Origin: the human T2T-CHM13v2.0 reference genome, Homo sapiens
Assembly: GCF_009914755.1 (NCBI RefSeq)
Contig: NC_060930.1
Reading direction: 5' to 3' (one strand)
Length of the DNA: 64,000 bases
The notes under the pieces were generated by a model. The model did not search any database. It was not told the DNA's origin and saw nothing but the letters and a program-made list of their open reading frames with translations. The position numbers were made by a program, and so were the translations under genes. Of the stretch, positions 28,461-45,864 are shown in pieces (within the stretch, counting starts at the first letter, position 1; each line of letters starts with the position of its first letter).

Positions 28461-28738
28461 GAATTACAGAGGTACAAAGAGCAAACAATGAAAAATCACC
28501 TTTCCAATTCTATTCTCCTACATCTTGCTTTCTTCCCTGGGCCCAGCAGCAACTACTATGATCAAATAACTTGGTACTGTGGACTGAATTGTGTCCTCCT
28601 CAAATTAATATGTTGAAGCCCTAATTCACAGTGTGATGGTGTTTGGAGATGAAGGCTTTGGGTGGTAATTAGGTTTGGATGAGCTGATGAGGGTGAGACC
28701 CTCATGATGGGATTAGTACCTTTGGAAGAAGGGATACT

Positions 28739-29243
<505 letters not shown>

Positions 29244-30895
29244 ACACTGAAGAGCTTTCATACTCTCTCCCCCTCAACAGAACCCAACCATGCTGGCACC
29301 CTGATTTTGGACTTCCAGCCACCAGAACTGTGAGAAGATAAATTTTTGTTGTTTACACCACTTACACTATGGTATTTTGTTATGGCAGCCCCAGCTAACT
29401 AAAGTATTTGGATATCCTTTCAGAAATATTTTATGCATAAATAAGCAAAAAAATCAATATATTTATTTCCTTCTTTGTTTTACACAAATGGTTCTGCAAC
29501 TCACTCTACTCTCTTAGAGGACAGTTCAAACCACTATATTTCTCTTTCTGAATAGTTGCACAATATTTTTCCATTATTTAAAAAAAGAAACAGTAACCAA
29601 AAACATTGTAACCAAACTTCTATTGTTCAACATTTGGATTGTTTCCAGTCTTTCACAATTACAAATAAAGCTACCATGAATAATTTTGCCATAATAATAT
29701 GTGCTATTTGCACATGTGAGAGCTATTGTTGGCTAAATTCCCAGAAGTGAATTGCTGGGTGAAAGTATATTTATATCTATAATCTTGATGGATATTGCAA
29801 AATTACTCTTCATAATCATTGTGCCAATTTACACTCCATTCAGTATGTTGTAATACTGTTTATTTTTCTCTCACTTTCACCTACACAGCATGTTAGCAAA
29901 CTTTTGAGATTTGCCAAATTGGCATGTAAAATGTTACTACTTTATAGTTTGTATTTTCTCATACTTTCTTATGTATGTAATTGAGCATCTTTACATATGC
30001 TTAAGACCCTATTGTGCTTTTCTTCTACAGTTCACATCTCTTTTTTTTTTTTTCATTTTTCTGTTGGTTGTTGGTATTGTTCACTGTTTGTAGGAGTTTT
30101 TTATATAAGGAATATAAAACCTTTATATATGATGGAAATTGTATACTTCCCCCCAGTCTGTTGTTTGAATTTTCACTTTCCTTATGGTTGTTTTTGTCAT
30201 ATTGAATTATTTTATTATTATATAGTCCAATTGATCAAATTTTTCTTTTCTTTTCTTCTGGGTTTCATATTATGCTCAGAAATTTCTTCCCCATTTCATG
30301 ATGAAAACATTCCATATTTTCTTCTACTTCTCTTTACTTCCTGTATTTAAATATTGGACCCATCTGAAATGTATTTTGGTATAAGATGTAAAATATGAAT
30401 TCAACTTATTTCCAGAGAGTATCTGGTTTTTCTCACTTCCATTAACTAAGTAATCCACTTTTTCCTTCTGTATTTGAAATGCACCGTTATCATATTGCAA
30501 AACAACAGTATATATCATAAACGATGTCTGATATGCATTTCAGGATTTTATACCCTGTTCTGTCAAGCTGCCTATAATATGTCAGCACTGTGCTACATAA
30601 ATTATTCTGGTTTTATATAATAATATGCTTTAATACTTGAGAGGCACCTTAATTGGTCTCAAAAAAAAAAAAAAAAACTCCTTACAGAGTTTTTACTGAG
30701 ATTGCATTAAAATAAAGACAGTTGACATGATTATGATGAGTCTTTCTACTCAAAAGCAGAACCTTCCAATTGTTCACATTCTCTCCTGTATTTCTCAGTA
30801 GGGTTTAAATGTTTTTGAACTGGAACTTCTATATTTCTCTTAAGCTTAATCTACTTTTTCAGCTACAATGTAAGTAGGATCCTCTATTCCATCTA

Positions 30896-31265
<370 letters not shown>

Positions 31266-31359
31266 TTACTTCCCATATTGTTTGACATAATTTTTCAGAT
31301 GACTCTTTTTAAGTTTTCCAGATATATCATGATATCATCTGCAAATGATGGTTATGTGA

Positions 31360-31585
31360 CTTTTTTTTTTTGAGATGGTGTCTCTCTGGAGTGCGGTGGC
31401 AGCATCATGGCTCACTGTAGCCTCAATCTCCCCGGGCTCAGGTGATCTTCCCATCTCGGTTTTCTTATGTTTAGTAGAGATGGGTTTTGCCATGTTGCTC
31501 AAGCTGGTCTTGAACTCCTGGGCTCAAGTGATCCATCCACCTCAACTAGTGCTAAGATTACAGGCATGAATCACCACGCCTGGCC
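31360..31585 (-). mobile_element. Alu (J-like, internally deleted)
   Basis: Reverse Alu with deletions. Confidence 0.85.
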
Positions 31586-31932
31586 ACTTCCTCTTTTTTT
31601 AATTGATGCCTAGTTTCTTTTATCTAATTGAATTAGCTAGTATCTGCAGAATAATGTTAAATAATTGCAGTGTGCCTGGACACCTTTGCCTTGTTTCTGA
31701 CTTTAATGGAAACATATGGTGTTCCTCCATTCTCCATTATGCTCAATGCTAGGTTTTAGACTAAGATAGATATATTTACTCATGCCGAAAGTATCCACCT
31801 ACTGCTGGTTTACGAAGTTTTCACCAGGAATGAATACTGGATTGTATCAAATGCCTTCTTAGTACCTGCTGAAAAGATAATATTAATTTTCTCATGTCGT
31901 AATAAAAGAGTTCAAAATAAAGAATGGTCATT

Positions 31933-32235
<303 letters not shown>

Positions 32236-32920
32236 GAATGGTCATTGCATTCCTGTAATAAACTCTAATTGTTAATTTTATTATCCTTTGACGTGCTGTT
32301 GAAGTCTGGTTGCTAATATTTTATGTTAGATTGTTGTACTGATATTAATAAATGAGATTGTCTAGAATTTTCCTGTGCAAACATTGTTGCACACTGTTTT
32401 CAATGTTACGTTGGCTTCCTATAAAATAACTTGGGTATTTTCTCTTTTTATGCTCTGAAACAATTCAAATAGCTTTGAAGTCATCTGGGTCTTTCATAAA
32501 ATTTCTTTTTTTATGATTCTTTGCTTTACCAACTTTTTCAGTTAATCGACTATCTACTGGTCCTAATTGCCTCAGATAAAAGTATTTTTATTATTTTTGT
32601 ATTTTCTATAATAAATACTGTATACAGTATATTAACCCTATAATCACAAGGGTATTAAAATGAGGAAATAATCAGAGAAATGTGCAATTGTCTATGTGCA
32701 GCATTTTCAGTATAGTATTATTTATAAGAAAAGCAAAAAGGAAGCAACTTAAGGGCCAAATGTTCACAGGGGACTGGTTAAGTAAATTATGGTGTTTTCT
32801 ATATAAGAAAGTACTATGCAGCTATTGAAAAGTATATTTTGGCATAGGGGAATATACAGCCCTGAATCGTCTGAGGTTTTTATACTAGGATGTTATTACT
32901 TCTGTAATAAATAATGTATA

Positions 32921-33220
32921 TTTTTTCTTTTTTTTTTTTTTTGAGACAGAGTCTTTGTTGCCCAGACAGGAGTACAGTGATGCAGTCTTGGCTCACTGAA
33001 GCCTCTGCCTCCCAGGTTCAAGCAATTCTCACGCCTCAGCCTCCTGAGTAGCTGGAACTACAGGCGTGCACCACCACAGCTGGCTAATTTTTGTATTTTT
33101 AGTAGAGACAGAGTTTCACCATGTTGGCCAGGCTGGCCGTGAACTCTTGGCCTCAAGTGATCCACCAGCCTCGGCCTCCCAAAATGCTGACATGATGGGT
33201 GTGAGCCACTGCGCTTGGCC
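32921..33220 (-). mobile_element. Alu (S-type)
   Basis: Full reverse dimer. Confidence 0.95.
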
Positions 33221-33363
33221 AATAATATATAATTTTAAAATTAAAGTAAAAATGGTGGCCTAGTTGCATATTTATTAACATGGAAAGATGTTCACAATAT
33301 ATGACAATGCATACACCTGTGTTTAATAAACCCCAGGTATTCTGAAGCACACTAACCACTTAC

Positions 33364-33391
33364 TTAAATATCCTTAATCCAAAATGATTGT
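33364..33391 (-). other. Candidate 28-nt micro-exon
   Basis: Minus strand: gtccatcctttcag|ACAATCATTTTGGATTAAGGATATTTAA|gtaagt. Confidence 0.45.
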
Positions 33392-34475
33392 CTGAAAGGA
33401 TGGACAGACTGCTGGTAGGGAAGAAAGGTCTCTTCCCTCTAAGAAATCTTGAAAAACACTACTTGTTCCCAGAAATTTCTAGAAAAGTTTAAAATCAGTA
33501 CTTTAACTTCTTTAACAGTACAGTACTTTAACCTCTAAGTTTTGAGGAACTATTTCCCATGTTAACCAAGCCTTTTAACATTTGTCTGAAAGTATCTGTG
33601 TTCCTGAAAACAGAATCCTAGAATAAGAGAATGTTGCAGTTAACTGGACCTCAGATTCATTCTGAAACAACCCCCTGGTTTTTACCAGGGGACACTGCTA
33701 AAAAAAAAAAAAAAAAGAGGACACTCTGCTGAGAGAGGTGATTTGACAAACAGCAAAGCACGAACAAGGCAAACAGAAGGTAGATGCCAGTTTATTTGGA
33801 TTTGTTCCCAACAAACTCCAAGAGGTCAAACTACAGTTACTTAATAATGTACCAATGTGTCACCCAGTACTGCCAAATGAGGACATTCTGGAAGAAGACA
33901 AAGATTCTACGGGAGTAAGATCCTTCCCTCTCCAGACCAATGACAACAGTCTCTGGACAAACCTGACAAAATCCCAAAATCCATTCTCAACACGCTTTCT
34001 CACTGCAAATGAATTTCAATTTACAGCAAAACCTAACATGAAACCCAAACCTCCTGGAAAGGCCAAGGGGAAGAGTCTAATTTAACTATTTACCTCCCAA
34101 GTAAATGCACATTAACTGTTTCCTAAAACTCATTTTCCAGATTAACCTTTAAAACAAATATATGCTCCTCAAGGATGTTAGAAAACACTGAGTTACATTT
34201 AGCAATTCTTAAATTAATCATAATCTTTCATCAGGCAAGATTTCTTACTGTAGCTGCAGTTCTGTTCAACAAATACTAGAGACGCAGCCAATAGATAATT
34301 ATTTGAAATTAGTGGGTCCACGTCCAAGACTTGAGTCATTGTTTTGTTCTGCAAACATGTTTTGCTATTGTTGTAATAATCTTTCTCTATACAGCCTTTT
34401 GAGTTTATGATGTAACTCCTTTATGGAATTTGGACTCCTCCATGAAAATTTTATGTGTTCAAGTAAAAAAAAGTA

Positions 34476-34739
34476 CAGTCGACCCTTGAACAACACAGGT
34501 CTGAACAGCACAGATCCACCTATACGTGGATTTTTTTCAACCAAACGTGGATTGAAAATACAGTACTTGAGGGATATGAAACCCACCTGTACAGACAGCT
34601 GAGTTCTCCTATGTGCAGGTTCGACATGGCTGACTGTGGGACTTGCCTTGAGCATGCATGGATTTGGTATATAGGTGAGGGGGTGGGTGAGGCGGAGAGG
34701 TCCTGGAACCAATCCCTTGTGTATACCAAGGGACGACTG
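34476..34739. mobile_element. MER8/Tigger2-derived MITE
   Basis: TIRs cagtcgacccttg / caagggacgactg with TA on both sides. Confidence 0.85.
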
Positions 34740-35253
34740 TATAATCACTTTGGAATCACTGTACTGGAAAGAAGTGTTAATATATCAATATGTTCTTCCA
34801 TACAAGTTAGTTCGCTGATTACTGGGTGCACAACCAGAGAGGTTTAACACATAATCCCTGCCTTAAAATAGCTTCATTGCCAATTAAAAAATTTATCAGC
34901 CTCATAGAGGCAGAATTCAAAGCAAAGAAAGTTCAGAAAAGGTTTAAAACTTTACTGGTCATGCCCTGTTTTTGCCATTAGGTGTCCTTTCTCCTGCGTG
35001 TGCACAAAATCTTTCCTCTGGGAGCAACCTCACCCTTTGCTCAGCAGAGACAGATCCAGGTTTTGTGAGACTTAAAGTTTATACAACTTGGGGGAACCAT
35101 TTTAGAAAATTAAAAATTATAAATACAAAGTTATTTAGAATAAGAAAAGAAATCACAATATTTTGCACATTTTAAAAAGCTGACAAATACATATGTGAAG
35201 TAATGCATATGTTAATTAGCTCAATTCAGCCATTCCACAATATGCGCGTATTT

Positions 35254-35594
<341 letters not shown>

Positions 35595-35620
35595 TAAATA
35601 CATGCAGTTATCATTTGTCA

Positions 35621-35930
<310 letters not shown>

Positions 35931-37632
35931 TAATTAATTTAAAAAATATACATAATGTTAAAATTTTAAAAAAGAACACAACATGAAGGTAGAGGCACAC
36001 AGAACCTGCAAACCAATTCAGATGCACACATGTGGACACACGCCCACCTGCAGCAAAAAAAAAAAACAAATGCTGACAAATAGTATTTAAAAATCACACA
36101 ATCTCAAAAACTAGCCTAATATTTGTATTAATGAATGTCCTGGTCCTCTATATAACATTATAACATTTTTATCCTACATAACATTGTTTTCTGGATCAGA
36201 CCTTATCTGAGTTCAACTACCTGTGAATTTTCTGTTATAGAAACCAATATGTTTCTTTGTTATTTGAACTACTTTGAGTTATTTATTCATGCACAGATAT
36301 ACGAAGAATTCATACTAAGCTTTAAGGATAGATAGACCTACAATCATGAAGAAAAGCACTTCAAGATTTATCCCAGCTTACAAAATACAGAATGATTTGC
36401 TCAATCACATACCAATTTCTTCCAACAGCAGAAAAAACTTAGAATCACTTAATTTTTAGCACTGTGTGATTAAATATCATTGAACTATACAAGAATACAT
36501 GGGAAAATAAGAATATTTGTAAGGCCAGAACAAGAAAACAAAACATTATTATTGCCTTTACCAACTATTTAGTAATGAGACCTTAATAGAAAGTGCTAAT
36601 ACAGCTTATTTGATGTGGTTGCCTAGAATTAATGATTGCCAAGTACTGCTTTGTGTCCAGTGGAATAAAGAAATAATCAAATATCCAAAAAAAAAAAAGA
36701 TAGAAAAACGTTTGACAAAAAACTGTACTTTCTAAAAATTCATTAAGGAAGGGCATTTATAAGAAGCAAATGAAAATCATAACGTGCAGTAAGCATTAGG
36801 TAATGTACCTTTGAGATATAAATGTGCCATGGGAAAACAATAGCGGCTCTTAGAAAATGCCGCCCCACTTTCTGCAGTGTGGGGAAACAGTCGTTTTGAA
36901 AGTGTGTGAGCTCAGTGGGATTCTGTTTGCAATAATGAAAGAAAGGAGTCAGAACAATAACTGCAGAATATGATTTGGAACGGAGTCCTGCTGGGGTTCA
37001 TTGTTTTATTACTGCCGGCTAAAGAGCAGAGGCGGCCAAGCACACTAAGTCTTAGCATGTCTTTTATAATTGGGGCTTATTTAATGATGACCTTCTTGGA
37101 TTTACTTGGAAACATAAAAGAGGAAAGGGACAGAATGACTTAAGAGGTTTATAAAAACGGTTAATATTTGGGATGGATTTTCTTTATGTCTATTTTAAAA
37201 ACCAACTTCTCCCATTATTGCTCAGGAAAAATAGGTCCCGTGGCAGAATCACTGGGCTGTGGGCTGGGGCCTCAGAAAGCACCTCTTCCAGGACGTGCTT
37301 TGCACATAAAGGGACTTGTCAAAGTCCACCCAGGCACCTGGTAGCACAGTGTGTGGCAGCTAGCTCTGCATAACTCAAGTAAAAAGGAGAGTTGATCCTA
37401 ACGAGGAGAGCGCATGTGTGTCCCAAGCTGTAAAAATTGTGCCTCCCATTTTCCTGCAAATTCATTCTTCAGTTCTCCCAACCTCCCTTCTCTCTTCTAC
37501 CTGCTCTCACCAGATACCTGAGGATATCATCTTTTTCCCCCCAGTTATTTCGATTATAAAAATCAGATTTATTCTTACAGAAAAATATATCTCCATAGAT
37601 TACCCAGTCGAAGAAGGGGTGGCCTGTCTCAC

Positions 37633-37800
37633 CCGCAATCACACCTCACCATCCTAGCCTAGTGCCGGCTCTCAGCCGGTGTTTAAGGGAGTTGTTCAGT
37701 AAAGGGGCCCTCCCCGGCACCGCACCGCCCAGCTGGCCTTATGCTTCATTGGTTTTTGGTTTGCTAGGACAGCTTACCAGCTTGCCTTGCCAGGGGACAT
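37633..37800 (-). promoter_or_regulatory. Candidate promoter/first exon (locally CpG-enriched unique sequence)
   Basis: CpG cluster 37590-37730; minus-strand GGGCGG at 37725-37730; CCAAT at ~37748-37752; aggATGG followed by GG|gtgaga. Confidence 0.35.
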
Positions 37801-37879
37801 GACGGTCTTCACTTGCCAATTCAGGTTCTTCTATGGCACAACCGTGACCATCTGTCCTTCGTCATAGGCAAAACTTAAC

Positions 37880-39310
<1,431 letters not shown>

Positions 39311-39989
39311 AACTGCTGTCTTAGGGAAATTTTCATAAGAGGACATGTACTAGAAACTATTGTTTGTAATAGAGAAAAGTTGGAAACAACCTGTCAATGG
39401 ACTAATACGTTGTGGTATATTCCTAGAGTGGAATAGTATGCAATAGGACAAAATAAGGTAGAGGTATCTCCCATAATGAGATCCATATGGGCTATATGGG
39501 AAGACCATGAAACATTGCCATATGAGAAACGCAATTTAGGAAAGTGTTTAAATAAATATGATGCCTCTATACAGTGAGATACTAGGCAATCATTAACAAT
39601 GAGTTGGTAGAACAATATGTACTAAGTGGAAAGATGTTCAATATATTAATATTTTGCCAAAAAAGTGAATAGAATAATCTTGTCTATCCAATAGAATGTC
39701 TTTTAATAAAAGTATACACATATATGCTTAAATATATACAGAATATCTCTGGAAGGACATGCAAGAATCTGATAACTTGTTTTCTCCCTGGGAATAGAAC
39801 ATGAAGGTTGGGTGAAGAAGGGGACATTTATTTTTTACTTTACACCCTTGGGTGCTACAAAATTTTTACATGAGTACATGAATATATGTATGTGTGCACA
39901 TGCACATATGTACACATACATATATATGGGTTTATTCTGTTGCTTTTAGGTTTGTGTTTCTTTGTGTTTTACATATAAAACTTCATCTG

Positions 39990-40372
39990 TGATATGGTTT
40001 GGTTCTGTGTCCCTGCCCAAAACTCATCTTGAATTGTTATCCCCACGTGTCAGAGGAGGGGCCCAGTGGGAGGTGATTAAATCATGGGGCAGACTTCCCC
40101 CTTACTGTTCTCATGCTAGTGAGTGAGCTCTCATGAGATCCGGTTGTTCAAAAGTGTGTGGCATCTCCCCCTTTGCTCTCTGTCTCCTGCTCTGCCATTG
40201 TAAATGTGTGCATACTTCCCTTGACCTTCTGCCATGATTGTAAGTTTCCTGAGGCCTTCTAGTCATACTTCCTGTTGAGCCTGCAGAACTATGAGTCAAT
40301 TAAACCTATTTTCTTTATAAGTTACCCAATCTCAAGTAGTTCTTTATAGCAGTGTGAGAACAGACTAATACA
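39990..40372 (+). mobile_element. MSTA/THE1D-like MaLR solo LTR
   Basis: tgatatggtttgg...cagactaataca; 5-bp TSD atctg. Confidence 0.85.
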
Positions 40373-40409
40373 ATCTGGAATTTTTATTGGTAGAAAGAGT
40401 AAGATCACA

Positions 40410-40575
40410 AGGAGCAGTGGCTCACACCTGTAATTCCAGCACTTTGGGAGACTGAGGCGGGAGGATCACTTGAGCCCAGGAGGTCAAGGCTGCAGTGAAC
40501 TATGATTGTGCCACTTCACCCCAGCCTGGGTAACAGAGTGAGATCCGACTAAAAAAAGAAAGAAAGAAAGAAAAA
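40410..40575 (+). mobile_element. Alu monomer (FRAM-like)
   Basis: Single arm with (GAAA)n tail. Confidence 0.8.
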
Positions 40576-42171
40576 GGTAAGGATACATAGATTACATTCT
40601 TCCAAATAATTGCCAATTGTCCCAAGACTGTGGAGTGACACTAACCCATTTTTTCTCCATTGATTCAAATGCTGCCTTTATCATATACTACATTGCTATT
40701 GCTACTATTTTAATTATTACCCTCATCATCAGGTTTTTAAAACTCAAGTAAATTACCAGTTTAAAAAATTTTCCCCTGGGTTTAAACTACAAGGTTATAA
40801 AAAATATCGACCCCAAACAAAGGTACATATGTATATACACATCATCAATTATGTATTAATTTATTTTAATAAAAAATGTGTCTCAAACTATAAAGACATT
40901 CAAGCATAAATATTGGCCTTTTCCTTTAAAAAAAAAAAAGTGAAGGAGATCCTGTATTTCTTTTATAGCCATATTATTAACTGTGCTCATTGCCTGACTA
41001 CGTGCTTTCAGTCCACTCTGTGGGGGTGTAATTGTGTGTTTTACAAGCACTCACCTGGATTTATATAGTCATTCTGCAGGAAAGTGCCTCGGAACCAGCA
41101 TGTGGTTAAGATTGTTCATCTCCCATTTAAATGCTGCTATGTAACATTCCCCAGCTGGGAGGTTTAGTACTTAGTACTCACAAGAGCTACATCTAAGTAT
41201 TGAAAAGGACCTAGAAATGTTCAGATTTTACTGAGATCTGAGCACTTTTCTTCTTCCCAATATATTCAAAAGGCAAAGTATTACTCTATTTCTTCTGCCT
41301 CCCCAAAAAGGATAGTTCTGTGTTCTGTGACAAGATTGCACTACAGAGAAACAATTTGTACATTCCATATGATTGATCGATAACTATAATGGTAACAGGA
41401 AGAAAATAGCAGCAATAATGGGTAAGCAAATAATTGCAAACTTCCGTTTCTGGGACTATTGCAAACTCAACTCCCTGAACATCCCTTCCTCTATAAAACA
41501 ACTAAAAATTCTAGATGAAATTATCTAAACGTGTAACATTTAAATTTAGATGAGTAACAAAACATTGAATTGGAAGTGTTGAGTGAAACACCAAGACATG
41601 ATAAATATTGGACACAAAGCAAATTTTGAGACAGACCAAGATGAAGACATTCAATGCAAGTGGCCAAGAATACAGGCCACATAGAAGGCACAAAACAGTC
41701 TCGTGGCTCTCCCCTTGGAACTCCACTGGGAGTGGGCTTACGGGAAGAGTTCCTGGTGAGAGCTGCTGCTACCCTGTGAGGGGTGATGACACTTTCTCAC
41801 CATAAGTCTGAAGAGGAGCTTCAAGGAAACCTCTCAGAGAGCTTGACACATGTCCCCTGAAATTGTGAGCCACGGGACAGGTTATCCAGGGTTGAGGAAA
41901 CTAAAGCAAAGAGGCTATGGCTCTTGGCCTGGGACAACAGGGCAGAAAAGGGGATGCTCTGGCGTGGCAATGAACTTGCATTCTAATATTTTATGAAAAT
42001 GTTAAGCATCTAGAATAGCCAAATATCTTTGGTGAAAAAAGAACAGATGAAGTTGGAAGACTTATTCTATCTGATTTCGGGAATTATTAAAAAGCTACAA
42101 TAAGTAAAACAGTGTGCACTGGCATAAAGGCAGATACATAGATCAGCTGAGCAGAGAGCCTAGAAACATGA

Positions 42172-42399
42172 GGCCAGACACAGTGGCTCACGCCTGTAAT
42201 CCCAGCACTTTGGAAGCCCAAGGTGGGTGGACTGCTTGGGTCCAGGAGTTGGAGACCAGGCTGGCCAACATGGTGAAACCACATCTCTACTAAAAATACA
42301 AAAATTAGCTGGACATGGTGGTGCGTGCCTGTAATCCCAGCTACTCAGGAGGCTGAGGCACAAGAATCACTTCAACCCCGGAGGTGCAGGTTGCAGTGA
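42172..42399 (+). mobile_element. Alu fragment lacking its 3' end and poly(A)
   Basis: Stops at gttgcagtga; shares non-consensus bases with 42970-43270. Confidence 0.9.
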
Positions 42400-42440
42400 A
42401 ATAGACATATATATGGCCAATTGTCTTTTGACAAAGACTT

Positions 42441-42792
42441 TGATATGGTTTGTCTCTGTGTCCCCACCCAAATCTCATCTTGAATTATACTCCCATAAAT
42501 TCCCACATGTTGTGGGAGGGACCCGGTGGGAGAGAATTGAATCATGTGGGTAGTTACCCCCGTAATGTTTCCGTGGTAGTGAATAAGTCTCATGAGATCT
42601 CATGGTTTTATAAGGGGCTTCCGCTTTCGCTTCTCTCGTTCTCTCTTTCCACCACCATGTAAGAAGTGCCTTTCAACTTCCACCATGACTGTGAGGCCTC
42701 CCCAGCCACATGGAACTGTGAGTCCACTAAACCTATTTTTCTTCCCAGTCTCGGGTATGTCTTTATTAGCAGCGTGAAAACAGACTAATACA
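42441..42792 (+). mobile_element. THE1B-like MaLR solo LTR
   Basis: tgatatggtttgtctctgtgtccccacccaaatctcatc...cagactaataca. Confidence 0.88.
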
Positions 42793-42914
42793 GATGCCAA
42801 GGCAATTCAGTGGACAAAAGATATATTTGCAACATTGGTTATTGGAACAATTGGATACCCATATGCCAAAAAGAGAAAAAAGTCAAAAAAAAAAAAAAAA
42901 AAAAGAGAATGTCA

Positions 42915-43270
<356 letters not shown>

Positions 43271-43781
43271 GCAAAAAGCAACTTGAAATAGATCAAAGAC
43301 CTAAATGCAAGATTTAAAATTATAAAACTTTAAAAGATAAATGTACTAGTTATCTATTGTTGAGTAACAATGTTACTGCTCAACTAGAGGCACTTATTGG
43401 CAGAATTCAGTTTCTCATAGTTTTGGGACTAAGGACTTCAATATACTGCCCTCAGCTCCTAGACACCACCCACACAGTTCTTTGCCACGTGTTCCCCAAC
43501 GTAATCACTTGCTTCCTCAAAGCCAGAGAGAAAGAGACCCCAGCAAGATGGGTACTAATATCTTATGTAACATAATCATGTATTCACACATAATCACACA
43601 CATCCCAACAGCTTTGCCGTATTCTATGGCTTAGAAGCAAGCCACAAGTCCTGCTCACACTCAAATCCAAAAGCAATAGGAGAGTAACTGCAGAAAGTAT
43701 ATAGCTCTACTGCTCTGAAGGGGAGAAGTGTACATGACTATACAGATCTTTTGTGTATTTGTTTAAAAAATAGTTCTACAT

Positions 43782-44197
<416 letters not shown>

Positions 44198-44800
44198 TTA
44201 CACCTTGTCAATTCCAGGGGACCCAGCAACAGAGTCTCACATGTATTCAGTATTCAGGAAATATTTGTCTAGAGAGTCAGCTTGGCAGAATGGAAAGTGC
44301 ATAGGCTTATGGAAACATGGGAAGTTAAATCAAATCCCAGCTCTTCCATTTACTAGTTAGGTAAACTACAGCATTAGTTAATATCTGCGATCTTCAGTTT
44401 CCTTATATTACCTTATAGTTTTGAGATTAAATGAGATACTGTGCATCAACTGCCTGTTTCACTAAATAATAGCAATTACTGTTATTTATAGATGAGGATA
44501 ACTAGTAATAAAATATTTTAAATGAGCAAGTGTAACATTAGACAGACAATTGAAGCAGCATTCTGTGATGGGTATTTCTTAGCATGTGTTAAAACATCAG
44601 GAAACCTTTTGACAGCTGCTCCCCTGGCTAAGAACGGCCCCTTCCAGGTGTGCACCCTCTAGAGTGCCCCAGAAACAACTCTTTGCCAACTACCTTCTGC
44701 AAACCATCTTTTCACTTGAACTGACTTCCCCCAAACAAACCTGATTAATTACTGAATAAAATACACCAGGGCGTGTCCTCGGAGCACAACAATATTTCTG

Positions 44801-44814
44801 CCACAAGAGGGCAC
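44801..44814 (+). promoter_or_regulatory. Candidate CTCF motif
   Basis: CCACAAGAGGGCAC versus the core CCASYAGRKGGCRS, in non-repeat sequence. Confidence 0.5.
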
Positions 44815-45511
44815 AATGTGACTGTGTATACTGTAGTTTCTTAACAATTACAATCCTAAAAGTTCATATTCATTACAGGATACACTGTGTTCCAGTAATT
44901 GTTTTTATTTGAATATTGTTTTTTATATACTTGAATTAATTTTATTTCTTAAGGCAAAAATAATGGAGAGCAGGAAATTTCCACAATTTCCTTGTGGAAA
45001 ATTGTTCTCAGGCTATAACTGGTTAAGTACAAACATAACATCATTATTTTCTGTTTAAAATACTGTGATTCATCTGCTTTCTGGGAGTCATTTCCTGTAG
45101 GGCCTTAAGAGGCTTTCTAGCTCCAAATTACTCTACATTCCTAGTTCTTGTTATGTTTCCTGCAGGCCATCAAGTTCATGGATTTTATTATAGCCTTGCA
45201 AATTAGTAGAAAAAATTTACTAGCCCATAAATATTTTATCAGCTTCATCTTGCTCCTGGGGGCAGATTGGTAATGAAATCGCTGAAAGCACTATTATTCA
45301 TAACTTACTCAGCTATAAAACTAATGATTGTTACATAACCAGTTTCTAGCTTTTTTTTCCCTCTCCTTGGGAAGAGTGTGCATGTCTAGTGGATGTGGGC
45401 ATGAATGTAGCCAAATAAACCTGTTGCCCAACATCACATGCAAACCATGGTATGGATGGCAAGAGTGATACGTACACAGTCTGGTTTCATTGACAAATGG
45501 AAGTCACTCTC

Positions 45512-45864
45512 TGCTATGACCTGAATATTTGTGTCCCCCTCAAATTCGTATATTGAAATCCTAACCCTCAAAATGACGGTATTAAGAGGCAGAGCCGTTG
45601 GGAGGTTGTTAGGTCGTAAAAAGCCCTCATGAATGGGATTAGTGTCCCCATAAAACAGGCCCCAAGAGACCCCTCACCCCTTCCGCCTTGTGAGGTTACA
45701 GTGAGAATTTGGCCATCTATGAGGATCAAGGCCCTAACCACACACCGAACCAGCTGGCACCTTGATCTTGGGGGTACCAGCCTCCAGAACTGTGAGAAAT
45801 AAATTTCTGTTGTTTGTAAGCCCCCTAGTCTATGGCATTTTGTTATGACAGCCTGAACTAAGAT
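45512..45864 (+). mobile_element. MLT1A/MSTD-like MaLR solo LTR
   Basis: tgctatgacctgaatatttgtgtccccc...cagaactgtgagaaataaatttctg...gaactaaga. Confidence 0.75.

Noticed and set aside
44975-45000. 9-bp inverted repeat tttccacaa/ttgtggaaa (also a 16-bp palindrome near 32614)
   Set aside because: Short AT-rich palindromes of this size are expected by chance in 64 kb
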